From NCBI GenBank assembly GCA_003151515.1, contig PLXS01000037.1, positions 71,978 through 135,977 of the forward strand: DNA of 64,000 nt, in the 5' to 3' direction. The notes under the pieces were generated by a model. That model was not told the origin of the DNA, ran no database searches, and was given only the letters and a program-made list of their open reading frames with translations. The position numbers and the translations under genes are program-made. Below, piece by piece: positions 18,246 through 30,080 of the stretch (position 1 is its first letter; each line of letters opens with the position of its first letter). Source of the DNA: Opitutaceae bacterium. GTDB taxonomy: Bacteria > Verrucomicrobiota > Verrucomicrobiia > Opitutales > Opitutaceae.

Positions 18246-19172
18246 ATGGACCTCAAACGACTCTCACTCGCGAGAAAATTAATCCCGCTGTCGGGCGCAA
18301 CAGCCGCCTTGGCGGCACTCTGCGGCTGCACGGCCGTGGCGCTCACCAACATGACGCCCTCCTCGCTTCCGGAGAATCCTTCGGGGATATATACCTTCAC
18401 CCTCCGCGTGGCGCCGAAGTCCGCCTCGGTGATCCCCGACAGCATCACGCCGCGCATCGTCGTCGGCGCGCAGAGCCACGACATGCGCCGAAGCGACGTC
18501 TCGACCGAGATCTACGAGTACGACTACAAGCTTCCGTCGTTCCAGAACGACATCGCCTACTACTACCTCGTGAGCTACAATACGGGGGGCACCCTCGTCA
18601 CCAACTCCCACCAGGCGTACACCGATCTGACCCACACCGCGATCGTGAGCCGCTACGTCATCTCGCTCGAGGTGAACCGCGGCCCCGTCGGCGCCAGGAT
18701 CGGGATCCTCGGGCGCGGCTTCTCGCCCCAGGACACGGTGGGCTTTGACGGAACGCCGGTGCGCACGGTCTACGAGTCCCCGACGTCCCTTGGGTTCTTT
18801 GTCCCGCCGCTCGCGCCGGGGCGCACCTACAAGGTCACGATCGCGGGCGCCGCGGGCAACTCCGTGGTGGGCTCGTTCAGGATCGACACGAGCGACGTAT
18901 CCGTGGAGCCGGCCTCGCTGGCCCTCGCCCCGGGCCAGAAGCTGACCCTCACCTTCACCGTGCCCAACCCCGCCCCCTCCGGAGGACTTCTCCTCGACAT
19001 CACCACCGACATCCCCGAGAGCGTGATCATGCCCGAGGTCGTCGTCCCGGCTGGGCAGACGTCGGTCGCGGTCTCGGTCGAGGGCGGAAAGCCCGGCTCC
19101 GGCAGCCTCTTCCTCAAGGGCTACGGCACCGGCGAGGTCACGATACCTGTGACCGTTTCGGGCTCTAAGTGA
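18246..19172 (+). CDS. lipoprotein with IPT/TIG-like beta domain
   Basis: The ATG at 18246 gives 'MDLKRLSLARKLIPLSGATAALAALCGC' with a lipobox. 'GPVGARIGILGRGFSPQDTVGFDGTPV' is IPT/TIG-like. Only 13-28 nt separate it from the hemW start. Confidence 0.65.
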   Translation: MDLKRLSLARKLIPLSGATAALAALCGCTAVALTNMTPSSLPENPSGIYTFTLRVAPKSASVIPDSITPRIVVGAQSHDMRRSDVSTEIYEYDYKLPSFQNDIAYYYLVSYNTGGTLVTNSHQAYTDLTHTAIVSRYVISLEVNRGPVGARIGILGRGFSPQDTVGFDGTPVRTVYESPTSLGFFVPPLAPGRTYKVTIAGAAGNSVVGSFRIDTSDVSVEPASLALAPGQKLTLTFTVPNPAPSGGLLLDITTDIPESVIMPEVVVPAGQTSVAVSVEGGKPGSGSLFLKGYGTGEVTIPVTVSGSK

Positions 19173-19187
19173 CTGCGGCCGGAGCCT

Positions 19188-19484
19188 TTGCCGGCCAAAG
19201 ATAGTTTGAAAACCCATGGGTTGGCGGCAATCTTGCCACCTGTGGAGACCAAGGAATCAAAGCTGTCGTTCGAGGCTGCCCTGTCCAAGCTTGAGGCCAT
19301 CGTCGAGTCGATGGAGAGCGGCGAGGTTCCCCTGGCCGAGCTGTTGGCCAAGTTCGAGGAGGGAAACAAGTTGCTCAAGCACTGCGAGTCGCGGCTCAAG
19401 GACGCCGAGTTGAAGATCGAGCAGCTGAAGAAGGAGCGCGACGGCGTCGTATTCACCAAGTTTGAGACGGAGCGCGAGGGTTGA
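19188..19484 (+). CDS. xseB: exodeoxyribonuclease VII small subunit
   Basis: 'LSFEAALSKLEAIVESMESGEVPLAELLAKFEEGNKLLKHC' is the XseB signature. The start is either TTG 19188 or GTG 19242. The stop overlaps the dxs ATG. Confidence 0.85.
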   Translation: MPAKDSLKTHGLAAILPPVETKESKLSFEAALSKLEAIVESMESGEVPLAELLAKFEEGNKLLKHCESRLKDAELKIEQLKKERDGVVFTKFETEREG

Positions 19485-21409
19485 TGAGCGAGCGCCAACC
19501 CCGACTCCTTGACGGCATCAGGGGACCGTCCGACGTCAAGGCGCTTAGCCCGGCGCAGCTGCCCCAGCTGGCCCAGGAGATCCGCAGCGAGATCATCGCG
19601 GTGACGTCGAGGCAGGGGGGCCACGTGGGCCCGAACCTGGGTGTCGTAGAGCTGACGATCGCCATGCACCGGGTCTTCGAGACCCCGCGCGACGCGTTCG
19701 TCTTCGACGTGGCCCACCAGGGCTACGTGCACAAGCTCCTGACCGGGCGCGGCGGCGAGTTCTTCGGCAAGCTGCGCCACAGCGGGGGCGCGAGCGGCTT
19801 CCTCTACCGGCCCGAGAGCCCGCACGACGCCTTCGGCGCCGGCCACGCGGGCACGGCCCTGAGCGCAGCGCTCGGGATGGCCACGGCCCGCGACCTGCGC
19901 GGAACGAGCGAGAACGTGGTGGCCGTCTGCGGCGACGCCGCCTTCACCTGCGGAATCACGCTCGAGGCGCTCAACAACGTCGTCGCCTCGACCAAGAGGC
20001 TCATCGTCATCCTTAACGACAACCAGTGGTCGATCGCCCGCAACGTCGGTGCCATGGCCAAGTATCTCACGCGTCTGAGCACGAGCACCACGTACAACAA
20101 GGTGCACCACGATCTGGAGAAGTTCTTCCTTGGCCTGCCCCACGGCCACGAGATGAACCAGCTCTGGGTCAAGTGGAAGCGCGAGACCAAGGACTTCTTC
20201 GTCAACTCGAGCCTCTTCGAGAAGTTCGGGCTGCGCTACATAGGGCCGATCGACGGGCACAACTTCGACGAGCTCCAGAAGAACCTGGAGTTCGCAAAGC
20301 TGAGCGACGTGCCGGTGCTGCTGCACGTGATCACGATGAAGGGCAAGGGGCTGGACGCCGCCCTCAACTCGCCGGAGAAGTTCCACGGCGTGGGCGGGTT
20401 CGACCCCGTGACGGGCGAGAGCTTGAAGCCGAAGCCGGGCACGCCACCCGCCTACCAGGACGTCCTCGGGCAGGCCCTGGTGCGCTTCGCCAGGGCGGAC
20501 CCTAGGATTGTCGGCATAACGGCCGCGATGCCGAGCGGAACGGGGCTCTCGAGGCTCGCCGAGGAGCTGCCGAGGCAGTTCTTCGACGTCGGGATCGCCG
20601 AGGGGCACGCGGCCCTCTTCGCGGCGGGCATGGCTGCCAGGGGCATGCTCCCGGTCTGCGCCATATACTCGACCTTCCTGCAGCGCGCCTACGACCAGGT
20701 GATCCACGACATCGCCCTGCAGAAACTTCCCGTGACCTTCTGCATGGACCGCGCCGGCCTGTCGCCAAACGACGGCCCGACCCACCACGGCCTCTTCGAC
20801 ATCGCGTACCTGCGCTGCGTGCCGAACGTCACCGTGATGCAGCCCAAGGACGAGGACGAGCTGGTCGATATGCTCCACACGAGCCTGCTGCTGGGTTCGC
20901 CGGCGTTCATCCGCTACCCCCGCGGCCCCGCGACAGGGGTCAGGATCAAGGAGTTTCCCCAGGCGCTTGAGGTCGGGCACGCCGAGGTGGTGCGCGAGGG
21001 CTCCAACATCATGATCTGGGCGCTGGGTCCGATGGTGCGCGACGCCATCGCGATCGCCGAGCGCCTGCAGTCGGAGGAGAACGTCTCCGTCGGCGTCGTC
21101 AACGCCCGCTTCGTTCGCCCGCTCGACCGCACGCTCCTCCTCAGCCAGTCGGAGGTCGTGCCCCTGATCGTCACGATGGAGGACCACGTCCTGGCGGGCG
21201 GGTTCGGTAGCGCGGTCCTGGAGGCCCTGCAGGAGGCCGAGTGCGCGACGCCTGTCGAGCGCATCGGCTGGCCGGACAGGTTCGTGGAGCACGGGTCGAG
21301 CCCCGCCGAGCTGCGCGCCCGCTACGGCATGTCCCTGGAGGACATGCATCGGCGCGTGCTTGACCGCTGGAAGAAGCTGAGCGCCGAGCGCGTCGAGGCC
21401 GACGTCTAG
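19484..21409 (+). CDS. dxs: 1-deoxy-D-xylulose-5-phosphate synthase
   Basis: About 641 aa, with 'GGHVGPNLGVVELTIALH', the TPP motif 'GDAAFTCGITLEALN' and 'GPTHHGLFDIAYLRCVPN'. Confidence 0.95.
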   Translation: MSERQPRLLDGIRGPSDVKALSPAQLPQLAQEIRSEIIAVTSRQGGHVGPNLGVVELTIAMHRVFETPRDAFVFDVAHQGYVHKLLTGRGGEFFGKLRHSGGASGFLYRPESPHDAFGAGHAGTALSAALGMATARDLRGTSENVVAVCGDAAFTCGITLEALNNVVASTKRLIVILNDNQWSIARNVGAMAKYLTRLSTSTTYNKVHHDLEKFFLGLPHGHEMNQLWVKWKRETKDFFVNSSLFEKFGLRYIGPIDGHNFDELQKNLEFAKLSDVPVLLHVITMKGKGLDAALNSPEKFHGVGGFDPVTGESLKPKPGTPPAYQDVLGQALVRFARADPRIVGITAAMPSGTGLSRLAEELPRQFFDVGIAEGHAALFAAGMAARGMLPVCAIYSTFLQRAYDQVIHDIALQKLPVTFCMDRAGLSPNDGPTHHGLFDIAYLRCVPNVTVMQPKDEDELVDMLHTSLLLGSPAFIRYPRGPATGVRIKEFPQALEVGHAEVVREGSNIMIWALGPMVRDAIAIAERLQSEENVSVGVVNARFVRPLDRTLLLSQSEVVPLIVTMEDHVLAGGFGSAVLEALQEAECATPVERIGWPDRFVEHGSSPAELRARYGMSLEDMHRRVLDRWKKLSAERVEADV

Positions 21410-22224
21410 GGCCCCTGGGGGCCCCCGCGCGCCAAGAGCGCCGCGACGAAGGCCGCGCGTGCGTCGATGTGCGGGTTGTGCCCGCTGCCGGGCAGGACCT
21501 CGATCTGCGCCTTGGGAAAATGCCCGAGGATCGCCGCGCGGTCGTCCGGCACCGCGTACGCCGACCTGGCCCCCGCGATGAAGAGCGCGGGCCCCTCGAA
21601 GCGGTCGGCGCCCGAGAGCGGGTTTTTCTCGAGCTCGCGCAGGGAGGAGGCCAGGACCGGCAGGTTCACCTGCCACCGCCATCCGCCGCCCGGCGCCCTC
21701 TCCAGGTTCGTCGCGAGGAACTTGCGCATGGCCCAGTCGCTGACGCGCTCCTCCATGCGCATCTCGGCCTCCGCCCTCGAGCGCAGGTCGCCCAGGTTGA
21801 GCTCCGTCATGGCCGCGAACTCGGACCTGTGGGCCGGCCAGTGGTAGTCCCTGGGGGCTATGTCCACGACGACGAGGCGGGCGACGCGCTCGGGCTGCCT
21901 GCATGCGAGGACCATGGCGACCTTTCCCCCCATGCTGTGGCCGACGAGCTCGGCCTGCGCCAGGGCCCGGGCGTCGAGCCAGCGCGCGACGTCGCCGGCC
22001 ATCTCCTCGTACGTCATGGAGTCGGCGTGCGGCGACAGGCCGTGGTTGCGCAGGTCCAGGGCGAACGTGCGCCGCCCTGCGGCTAGCTCGCGGCCCACGC
22101 TCGTCCAGTTGCGCGAGGAGCCGAGCATCCCGTGCAGGATCACATATGGGGGGCCGCCCCCGCCCCCGAAGTCGCGGTGGTGCAGGAGCGCGGGCAGGCC
22201 CTGGGGCTGGGCGGGGTGCTTCAA
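21406..22224 (-). CDS. alpha/beta hydrolase (YbfF-like esterase)
   Basis: 'YVILHGMLGSSRNW' and the nucleophile elbow 'GHSMGG' are present. There is no in-frame ATG upstream of the domain, so TTG at 22224 is proposed as the start. The ORF extension to 22500 overlaps mutS. Confidence 0.75.
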   Translation of the reverse strand: MKHPAQPQGLPALLHHRDFGGGGGPPYVILHGMLGSSRNWTSVGRELAAGRRTFALDLRNHGLSPHADSMTYEEMAGDVARWLDARALAQAELVGHSMGGKVAMVLACRQPERVARLVVVDIAPRDYHWPAHRSEFAAMTELNLGDLRSRAEAEMRMEERVSDWAMRKFLATNLERAPGGGWRWQVNLPVLASSLRELEKNPLSGADRFEGPALFIAGARSAYAVPDDRAAILGHFPKAQIEVLPGSGHNPHIDARAAFVAALLARGGPQGP

Positions 22225-22290
22225 GAGGCACCCATCGTGCCCACCCGCGGCTCCGCTCCAACATTGAATTATGCACCCCGAGGCCTTCGA

Positions 22291-24839
<2,549 letters not shown>

Positions 24840-24843
<4 letters not shown>

Positions 24844-25379
24844 ATGACAGGGGGCGGGCAGGCGGGGCGCGCCTTGCTGTAGAGGACGTGCTTCTGGAGC
24901 GGGTGGCCCTCCTCGACTTTGGGGTGCAGGAAGTCGTCGGCCGGGTCCCGCCGGAAGCCGAGCCTCTCCATGAGCCTACGCGACCTCGCGTTCACCTCGG
25001 CCGTCATGGAGACAAGCTCCCTCAGCCTGAGGACCTCAAAGGCGTAAGCCTCGGCCTGGAGCGCGGCGGCGTAGGCGATCCCTCGCCCCCAGTACTCCTT
25101 TCGCAAGCGCCACCCGATCTCGATGCACGGGGTGAAATGCGCGGTGAACGCGGGCTCCCAGAGGCCCGTGAACCCGGCAAGGCCGCCGTCCACCTCGACG
25201 GCCCACAGGCCCCAGCCCTTGCTCTCGATCACGGCTCGCAGGCTCTCGAGCAGGACCGCGGACTCGCCGAGGCTGAGCGGTTTCGTGAAGAACCTCATCA
25301 CCTCGGGGTCGGCGTTCATCTCGGCCAGCCCCTTGAGGTCCGAGTCGCGCCACTGGCGCAGGATGACGCGGTCGTCCAT
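24840..25379 (-). CDS. GNAT family N-acetyltransferase
   Basis: 'LRQWRDSDLKGLAEMNADPEVMRF...WGRGIAYAAALQA' is an RimJ/RimL-like GNAT pattern. The ATG at 25379 is preferred. Confidence 0.8.
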
Positions 25380-25402
25380 GGCGAACCGGCTCCGGCGGCC
25401 GC

Positions 25403-25723
25403 TCAAAGCCGCGGGGGCTGCGCGTCGGCGGGCGCCGCGGCCTGCGGCGGATCCTCCCCGACGACGGGCGGTTCCTCAACCGCCACCTTCGCGATGAACT
25501 GCGAGACCACCCACTTGAACGCGTAGTAGGAGATGGGCATCCCGAGGACGAATCCCAGGGCCGCGGCGGCGAGCTTGATCGTTCCCGCGCCCACATGGGC
25601 CAGGCCAAGCGCCACCCCGAGGAACAACCCCGCCATGCCGCCGACCAACGCGCCGCCCGCGCTCGCGATGGCGAAGAAGATCAGCCACGCCTTGAGGTAC
25701 GGGGGTGCGCTCGCGCTCTTCAC
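25403..25723 (-). CDS. small membrane protein, uncharacterised
   Basis: 106 aa with a GTG start. It has three Gly/Ala-rich hydrophobic segments and a Pro/Ala-rich tail. Confidence 0.5.
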   Translation of the reverse strand: MKSASAPPYLKAWLIFFAIASAGGALVGGMAGLFLGVALGLAHVGAGTIKLAAAALGFVLGMPISYYAFKWVVSQFIAKVAVEEPPVVGEDPPQAAAPADAQPPRL

Positions 25724-25757
25724 GGGCCCGGGTTGTTCGCAAGTGCGCCGCCGCCCC

Positions 25758-26198
25758 TCAGCGGTTCTGCCTCCTGATGACCAGCTTGAGCCCGGACCAG
25801 ACCTCGTCGACCGCGCAAACCTTGATGTCCACGAGGCCCATCGGCAGGGCGATCCGGCGGACGACGTCCTCGGTGATGTCCGTCGCGACCCCCGAGCTCT
25901 TCTTGGGCCACGAGGCCCAGATCACCCCGTCCGCGGCGATCGCCCCGCGGTGGGAGCGCAGCCTCGCCCCGAGTACGCGCGCCTCGGTCGCGAACTGGTG
26001 CACGAAGCGCATGCCCCGGCGGGGCCGCCGCAGCCACTCGACCGTCACGTCCCCGGGCAGGCCGAGCAGTGCCACGTAGCCCGCGGGCACCCCGGCCGCC
26101 AATGCCTGCGTTCCGTCCTTGTAGCCCAGCTTCTTCCAGAGGGGCGTCCCCGAGTATCCCGCCGGGGAGGCTCGCGGGCTATTTGCAGCCACGGCCAT
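25758..26198 (-). CDS. DUF3052 domain-containing protein
   Basis: 146 aa. 'GYSGTPLWKKLGYK...VIWASWPKKSSGVATDITEDVVR...GLVDIKVCAVDEVWSGLKLV' matches my recollection of DUF3052. Confidence 0.65.
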   Translation of the reverse strand: MAVAANSPRASPAGYSGTPLWKKLGYKDGTQALAAGVPAGYVALLGLPGDVTVEWLRRPRRGMRFVHQFATEARVLGARLRSHRGAIAADGVIWASWPKKSSGVATDITEDVVRRIALPMGLVDIKVCAVDEVWSGLKLVIRRQNR

Positions 26199-26201
26199 GC
26201 G

Positions 26202-26579
26202 TCAGACGATCTTGCAGGGGATCAGGGCGTCCTCGTCGGACTTGTATACGGCGCACAGGCGGTGGTAGCCGTCGGCGATCACGACCCTCCCGATGCGCTT
26301 GTTGCGCACAAGCAAAAGCGGCGAAAGATGCTCGCCGGCCGCGATCTTCTTCCTGTACTTGGCGACGTGGAAGTTGTCCACGCCGAGGAGCGGCAGCCGG
26401 GAGGCCCGGAAGATGTCCTTGGATTTGAACTGCGTGACGCGGCGCGACCGAAGCTTCTTGACCAGCCGGTCCGCCTCGTCGTCCGCGTACAGAAGCCCAA
26501 GGTAGGAGCGCGCTGCCGGGTAGTCGTGCGCCTCGGCGTCGGGCAGCCACCGGATCTTCATTTGGGGCGCTCTCGGCAT
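26202..26579 (-). CDS. small ParB/Srx-fold (ParB N-terminal-like) protein
   Basis: About 126 aa. 'LSPLLLVRNKRIGRVVIADGYHRLCAVYKSDEDALIPCKIV' resembles the ParB/sulfiredoxin core. Only 3 nt separate it from the DUF3052 start. Confidence 0.5.
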   Translation of the reverse strand: MPRAPQMKIRWLPDAEAHDYPAARSYLGLLYADDEADRLVKKLRSRRVTQFKSKDIFRASRLPLLGVDNFHVAKYRKKIAAGEHLSPLLLVRNKRIGRVVIADGYHRLCAVYKSDEDALIPCKIV

Positions 26580-26644
26580 GGGATTCGCAACGCTTCTGTG
26601 CCCTGAGTCCCCGACGATGGCCAGTCCGGAATGAGGGCTCCGGG

Positions 26645-27163
26645 TCACGACAGGCCCAGGTACCTCGGGAGCATCACGGCGATCCCCACGCCGTAGGCCA
26701 GGTCCAGCCAGAAGAACGAACCGAGCGCCCCCGCGTAGATGAGGCCGACCAGGGGGGCGCCCAGGATCCTCGCCAGGAGCGGGGCGTCCCGGCGCCACAG
26801 GGCGCCCCAGATTGCCCGCGCGTCGCCGGTGCTGGGGAACGAGTGCGTGGCGATGGAGACCGCGAGCCACAGCGTCCCGTAGTAGGCGCCCCTGCCGGCC
26901 AGCTCGCCCACCGGGGCGGCCGCGAGCCCCGCGCCCAGCCCGAGGGCGCTGTTCACGAAGAGCGGCCCGATGCCGATAAGCAGGTGGCTCCATGTGGAGG
27001 CGGGGCGCTCATGGACCACGTAGCCCGCGGGATTGCCGAGGCGAAAGAAGCACACCTTCAAGACCCTGGTGCCTGTCAGCTGGCAGAAGAAAAGGTGGGC
27101 GAACTCGTGCACGACAACCCCGGGGAACGTGAGCCACGTGATGATGAAGCCGGGGATGATCAC
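26645..27163 (-). CDS. polytopic membrane protein with HExxH motif (putative zincin-like, DUF3267-like)
   Basis: 'FPGVVVHEFAHLFFCQL' plus 4-5 hydrophobic segments. GTG at 27163 is proposed as the start because the upstream part of the ORF overlaps the neighbouring gene. Confidence 0.5.
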   Translation of the reverse strand: MIIPGFIITWLTFPGVVVHEFAHLFFCQLTGTRVLKVCFFRLGNPAGYVVHERPASTWSHLLIGIGPLFVNSALGLGAGLAAAPVGELAGRGAYYGTLWLAVSIATHSFPSTGDARAIWGALWRRDAPLLARILGAPLVGLIYAGALGSFFWLDLAYGVGIAVMLPRYLGLS

Positions 27164-27221
27164 CCTGCCCAGAGGCTTGGGTCGCGGCGCCGGCGCGCCA
27201 AGGCCCGATTTCCAGGGGTGT

Positions 27222-27614
27222 TTAGGACACGGGCTGGCGCTTGGAGCCGCCGGGCTTCGGTGCGACGCCGATTCTAGGGTCGCGACGCCTGGCAAGCGCC
27301 ACGAGGCGCTCGGCGACACGCTCGAAGTCATCCGCCGACTCGGCGAGGTAGAGCCACTTCGGGAGCACCTCGTGCGGCAGGAGGCAGGGGAACTCGGCCA
27401 GGAGGGAGGCGTGGTGCGCGCGCTCCGTGCAGACGAGGACCCCACGCCAGGGCTCCTCGCCGGCTGAGAAGCAGAGCACGAGCTTGCCGTCGAGGTACGC
27501 GGCCTTGGTGCCGAACATGGGCCTGAGCACGAACGAGGGGTCCGGCTCGAGGGGCTCCCAGAGCCACTCGTATCTGTGCGGCTTCCTGACTCGCCCTATC
27601 TCGTCGCCGCGCAT
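27222..27614 (-). CDS. hypothetical protein (TfoX-N-like segment 'MFGTKAAYLDGKLVLCF')
   Basis: 130 aa with an ATG start that overlaps the GrpB 3' end by 19 nt. The assignment is weak. Confidence 0.45.
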   Translation of the reverse strand: MRGDEIGRVRKPHRYEWLWEPLEPDPSFVLRPMFGTKAAYLDGKLVLCFSAGEEPWRGVLVCTERAHHASLLAEFPCLLPHEVLPKWLYLAESADDFERVAERLVALARRRDPRIGVAPKPGGSKRQPVS

Positions 27615-28162
27615 CGCCTTGCCCCCTCTCCCAGCACCCCGCGGATGAACCCTGCCTTCGCCTCGGTGTAGGCGCTCCGGTCATGCGCGTGCCGCGCCCA
27701 GAGCCGGCGCTTGAGCCGAGCGTACCTGCGGCGCAGGGCGTCCCTGAAGCCTAGGTAGTTCGACCAGTTGCTGCTGGCGATGGGAACGACGTGCAGGTAC
27801 ACCGTCCTCCTGCCCTCCGGCCCCTTGGCGTAAAAGTGCTCGCCCCTGCCCTCGCGGTCGCCGAATGCCGTGAAGCCCGCCGGGCCAAGCGCGGCGGCCC
27901 ATCCAGCGGACACGTCGAGCGAGCCCACGGCGACCGCGATGTCCAGGACGGGTTTCGCCGCGAGGCCGGCGACGGCCGTGCTGCCGACGTGCTCGATCGC
28001 GAGCGCCCCGCGGCCCAGCAGGCGTTCGAGCCGGCGTCTTTCACTGGCGAATGCCTCCGGCCAAGCGCGCCGGTGCCCGACCAGCCGGACCTCGCCGCGC
28101 CGAAGGCCGAGGGCCGGGGACCCGGCGGCCGGGCGTGCTTTCCTGGGCTTCGGCTTGGCCAT
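27596..28162 (-). CDS. GrpB family protein
   Basis: 188 aa, with 'IEHVGSTAVAGLAAKPVLDIAV' and a 'YLHVV' pattern typical of GrpB/UPF0157. Confidence 0.8.
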   Translation of the reverse strand: MAKPKPRKARPAAGSPALGLRRGEVRLVGHRRAWPEAFASERRRLERLLGRGALAIEHVGSTAVAGLAAKPVLDIAVAVGSLDVSAGWAAALGPAGFTAFGDREGRGEHFYAKGPEGRRTVYLHVVPIASSNWSNYLGFRDALRRRYARLKRRLWARHAHDRSAYTEAKAGFIRGVLGEGARRCAATR

Positions 28163-28204
28163 GGGAAGGCCCGTCCTTTGGATCCCTCGCGCGGCGCCCC
28201 CCGC

Positions 28205-29251
28205 CTAGACCCCGCCCGCGACGCTACGGCGCAGCGCCCAGATCTGCTTCGCCTGGGTTATGGTGTCGGCGAGCACGGAGGGGGTGAGCGCCTGCTTGGG
28301 GTCGTCGCCGATCCCGTGACTCGGGCTCACGTGTGCCTCGATGCAGAGGCCGTCCGCCCCGTAGGTCACCGCCGCGAGCGCGCACGCCGGCACGAACGAC
28401 GCCTTGCCGACGGAATGGGAGGGGTCGACCACGACCGGCGCCCAGGTCTTCTCCTTGAGCAGCGGCGTGATGCTCTCGTCCGGGTGGTTGCGGTACCCGT
28501 CAAGCGCCGGGGCCGTGCCCCTCGGGCAGAGGATGACGTTCGGGTTGCCGAACGAGACGATGTACTCGGCGGCGGAGATGAACTCGTTCAAGGTGCCCAT
28601 GTGCAAGCTGCGCTTGAGAAGCACGATCGTGTCGCCCTTGGCGACCGCGCGTCCGATCGCGCGAAGAAGCGAGTAGTTGAGCGCGTTGCGCGCCCCGACC
28701 TGGATCATCTGGACGCCGGCGCCCAGGGCCAGCTCGAGCTGCTGCTCGTCCATCACCTCGGTGTTAACGGGCAGCCCCGTCCGCCGGGACGCCTCCATCA
28801 GCGTCTCGATTGACTTCGCGTCGCCCTGGAACGCGTAGGGGTTCGTGCGGGGCTTCCACACGCCGCCGCGAAGGACGTGCGCCCCGGCCTCCTTGACCGC
28901 GGCCGCGGTCTCCAGGTAGTAGCCGGGGTTCTTCGGGTCGATCGTGCACTGGCCGGCGATCACGAGCAGGTCCTCGCCCAGGGTCACCCCGCCGATCCTG
29001 ATGCGGTGGCTCGACAGGTCCGAGCGCCGGTCCATGAGCTTGAACGGTGACTGGATGCGGTCGATGCGGTCGACGTAGGGGAGACCCTCCAGCCTGTTGA
29101 TCATCAGCTCGTCGCGCTCGTCCCCGACGATGGCGTAGATCGTTCGGACGGCGCCGATGATCGGCTGGATCGAGCACCCGAATTCCCCGACGATTGCGGT
29201 TACTTCGGCGACCTGCTCTGGCGTGAGGCGCGTGCCCTTGGGTAGGATCAT
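28205..29251 (-). CDS. aroF: 3-deoxy-7-phosphoheptulonate (DAHP) synthase, type I-beta with N-terminal regulatory domain
   Basis: 348 aa, with 'GQCTIDPKN...LRGGVWKPRTNPYAFQG...VVVDPSHSVG', the KDSA/DAHPS I-beta core. Confidence 0.9.
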   Translation of the reverse strand: MILPKGTRLTPEQVAEVTAIVGEFGCSIQPIIGAVRTIYAIVGDERDELMINRLEGLPYVDRIDRIQSPFKLMDRRSDLSSHRIRIGGVTLGEDLLVIAGQCTIDPKNPGYYLETAAAVKEAGAHVLRGGVWKPRTNPYAFQGDAKSIETLMEASRRTGLPVNTEVMDEQQLELALGAGVQMIQVGARNALNYSLLRAIGRAVAKGDTIVLLKRSLHMGTLNEFISAAEYIVSFGNPNVILCPRGTAPALDGYRNHPDESITPLLKEKTWAPVVVDPSHSVGKASFVPACALAAVTYGADGLCIEAHVSPSHGIGDDPKQALTPSVLADTITQAKQIWALRRSVAGGV

Positions 29252-29318
29252 GGGTGGTGGCTTGGGCCCTGGGGAGGGGGGACCTTTGCAAAATCAGCCC
29301 CGCGCGTCCATGAAGAAT

Positions 29319-30080
29319 TCAGCCGGCGCGGGAGAACTCGGCCGGAAGGGGAGCGCGGGCGAAGAACGAGTTCTCGCGCCCGCCGAACGCATAGTCGAAG
29401 CCGACCTCGAGGGAGTGCAGGAACATGCGCCTCGGGCCCCCGGCCCTGACGAAGGCCTTGTTGGCGGCGAAGTCGCCGTAGGTGCGGTCGCCGACGATCG
29501 GCAGGCCCCTCTTCGCGCACTGCACGCGCAGCTGGTGGCTTCGGCCCGTGTGCGGCTCAAGCTGGATCAGGGAGAGGACCTGGGCGCCGCGCGAGGTCGT
29601 GACGAGCGCCATCCGGCTCTCGGCGGGGAGGTTCCCCGCTCCCGCGAACGTCCGCACGTGCCCGCCCTGCCTGCGCACACCCAGGACGTCCCTCCAGGTC
29701 TCCTCGGCAAGCCGGGGCCTCCCGAAGACGAGCGCCTGGTAGACCTTGCGCACCCTGCGCCTTCGAAACTGCTCCCTTGCCTCCCTGGCGAGCTGCCCGT
29801 CCGACGCGACGAGGATCAGGCCCGACGTCGCCGAGTCCAGGCGGTTGATGAGCCAGAGCGCTGAGGTCTCCCCGCCCGGCCCCTGCCAGCGGAAGCATTC
29901 ATCGGCCTCGTCGTAGCCGGCCCGCACGAGCGACCTTGGCTCGTCGCGCGGGGAGTTGGGGTGCGAGAGGACGCCCTCGGGCTTGTCCAGCGCCGCGAGG
30001 CCGTTCGCGTCCAGGGCGACCCTGCTCACCCCAAGGCCGAGCGGAACGGCGCCCCAGAAGGCCTCGGCCAGGGCGCTCAC
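29319..30080 (-). CDS. RluA family pseudouridine synthase
   Basis: 253 aa, with 'NRLDSATSGLILVA' (catalytic Asp motif) and 'GRSHQLRVQ'. Confidence 0.85.
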   Translation of the reverse strand: MSALAEAFWGAVPLGLGVSRVALDANGLAALDKPEGVLSHPNSPRDEPRSLVRAGYDEADECFRWQGPGGETSALWLINRLDSATSGLILVASDGQLAREAREQFRRRRVRKVYQALVFGRPRLAEETWRDVLGVRRQGGHVRTFAGAGNLPAESRMALVTTSRGAQVLSLIQLEPHTGRSHQLRVQCAKRGLPIVGDRTYGDFAANKAFVRAGGPRRMFLHSLEVGFDYAFGGRENSFFARAPLPAEFSRAG

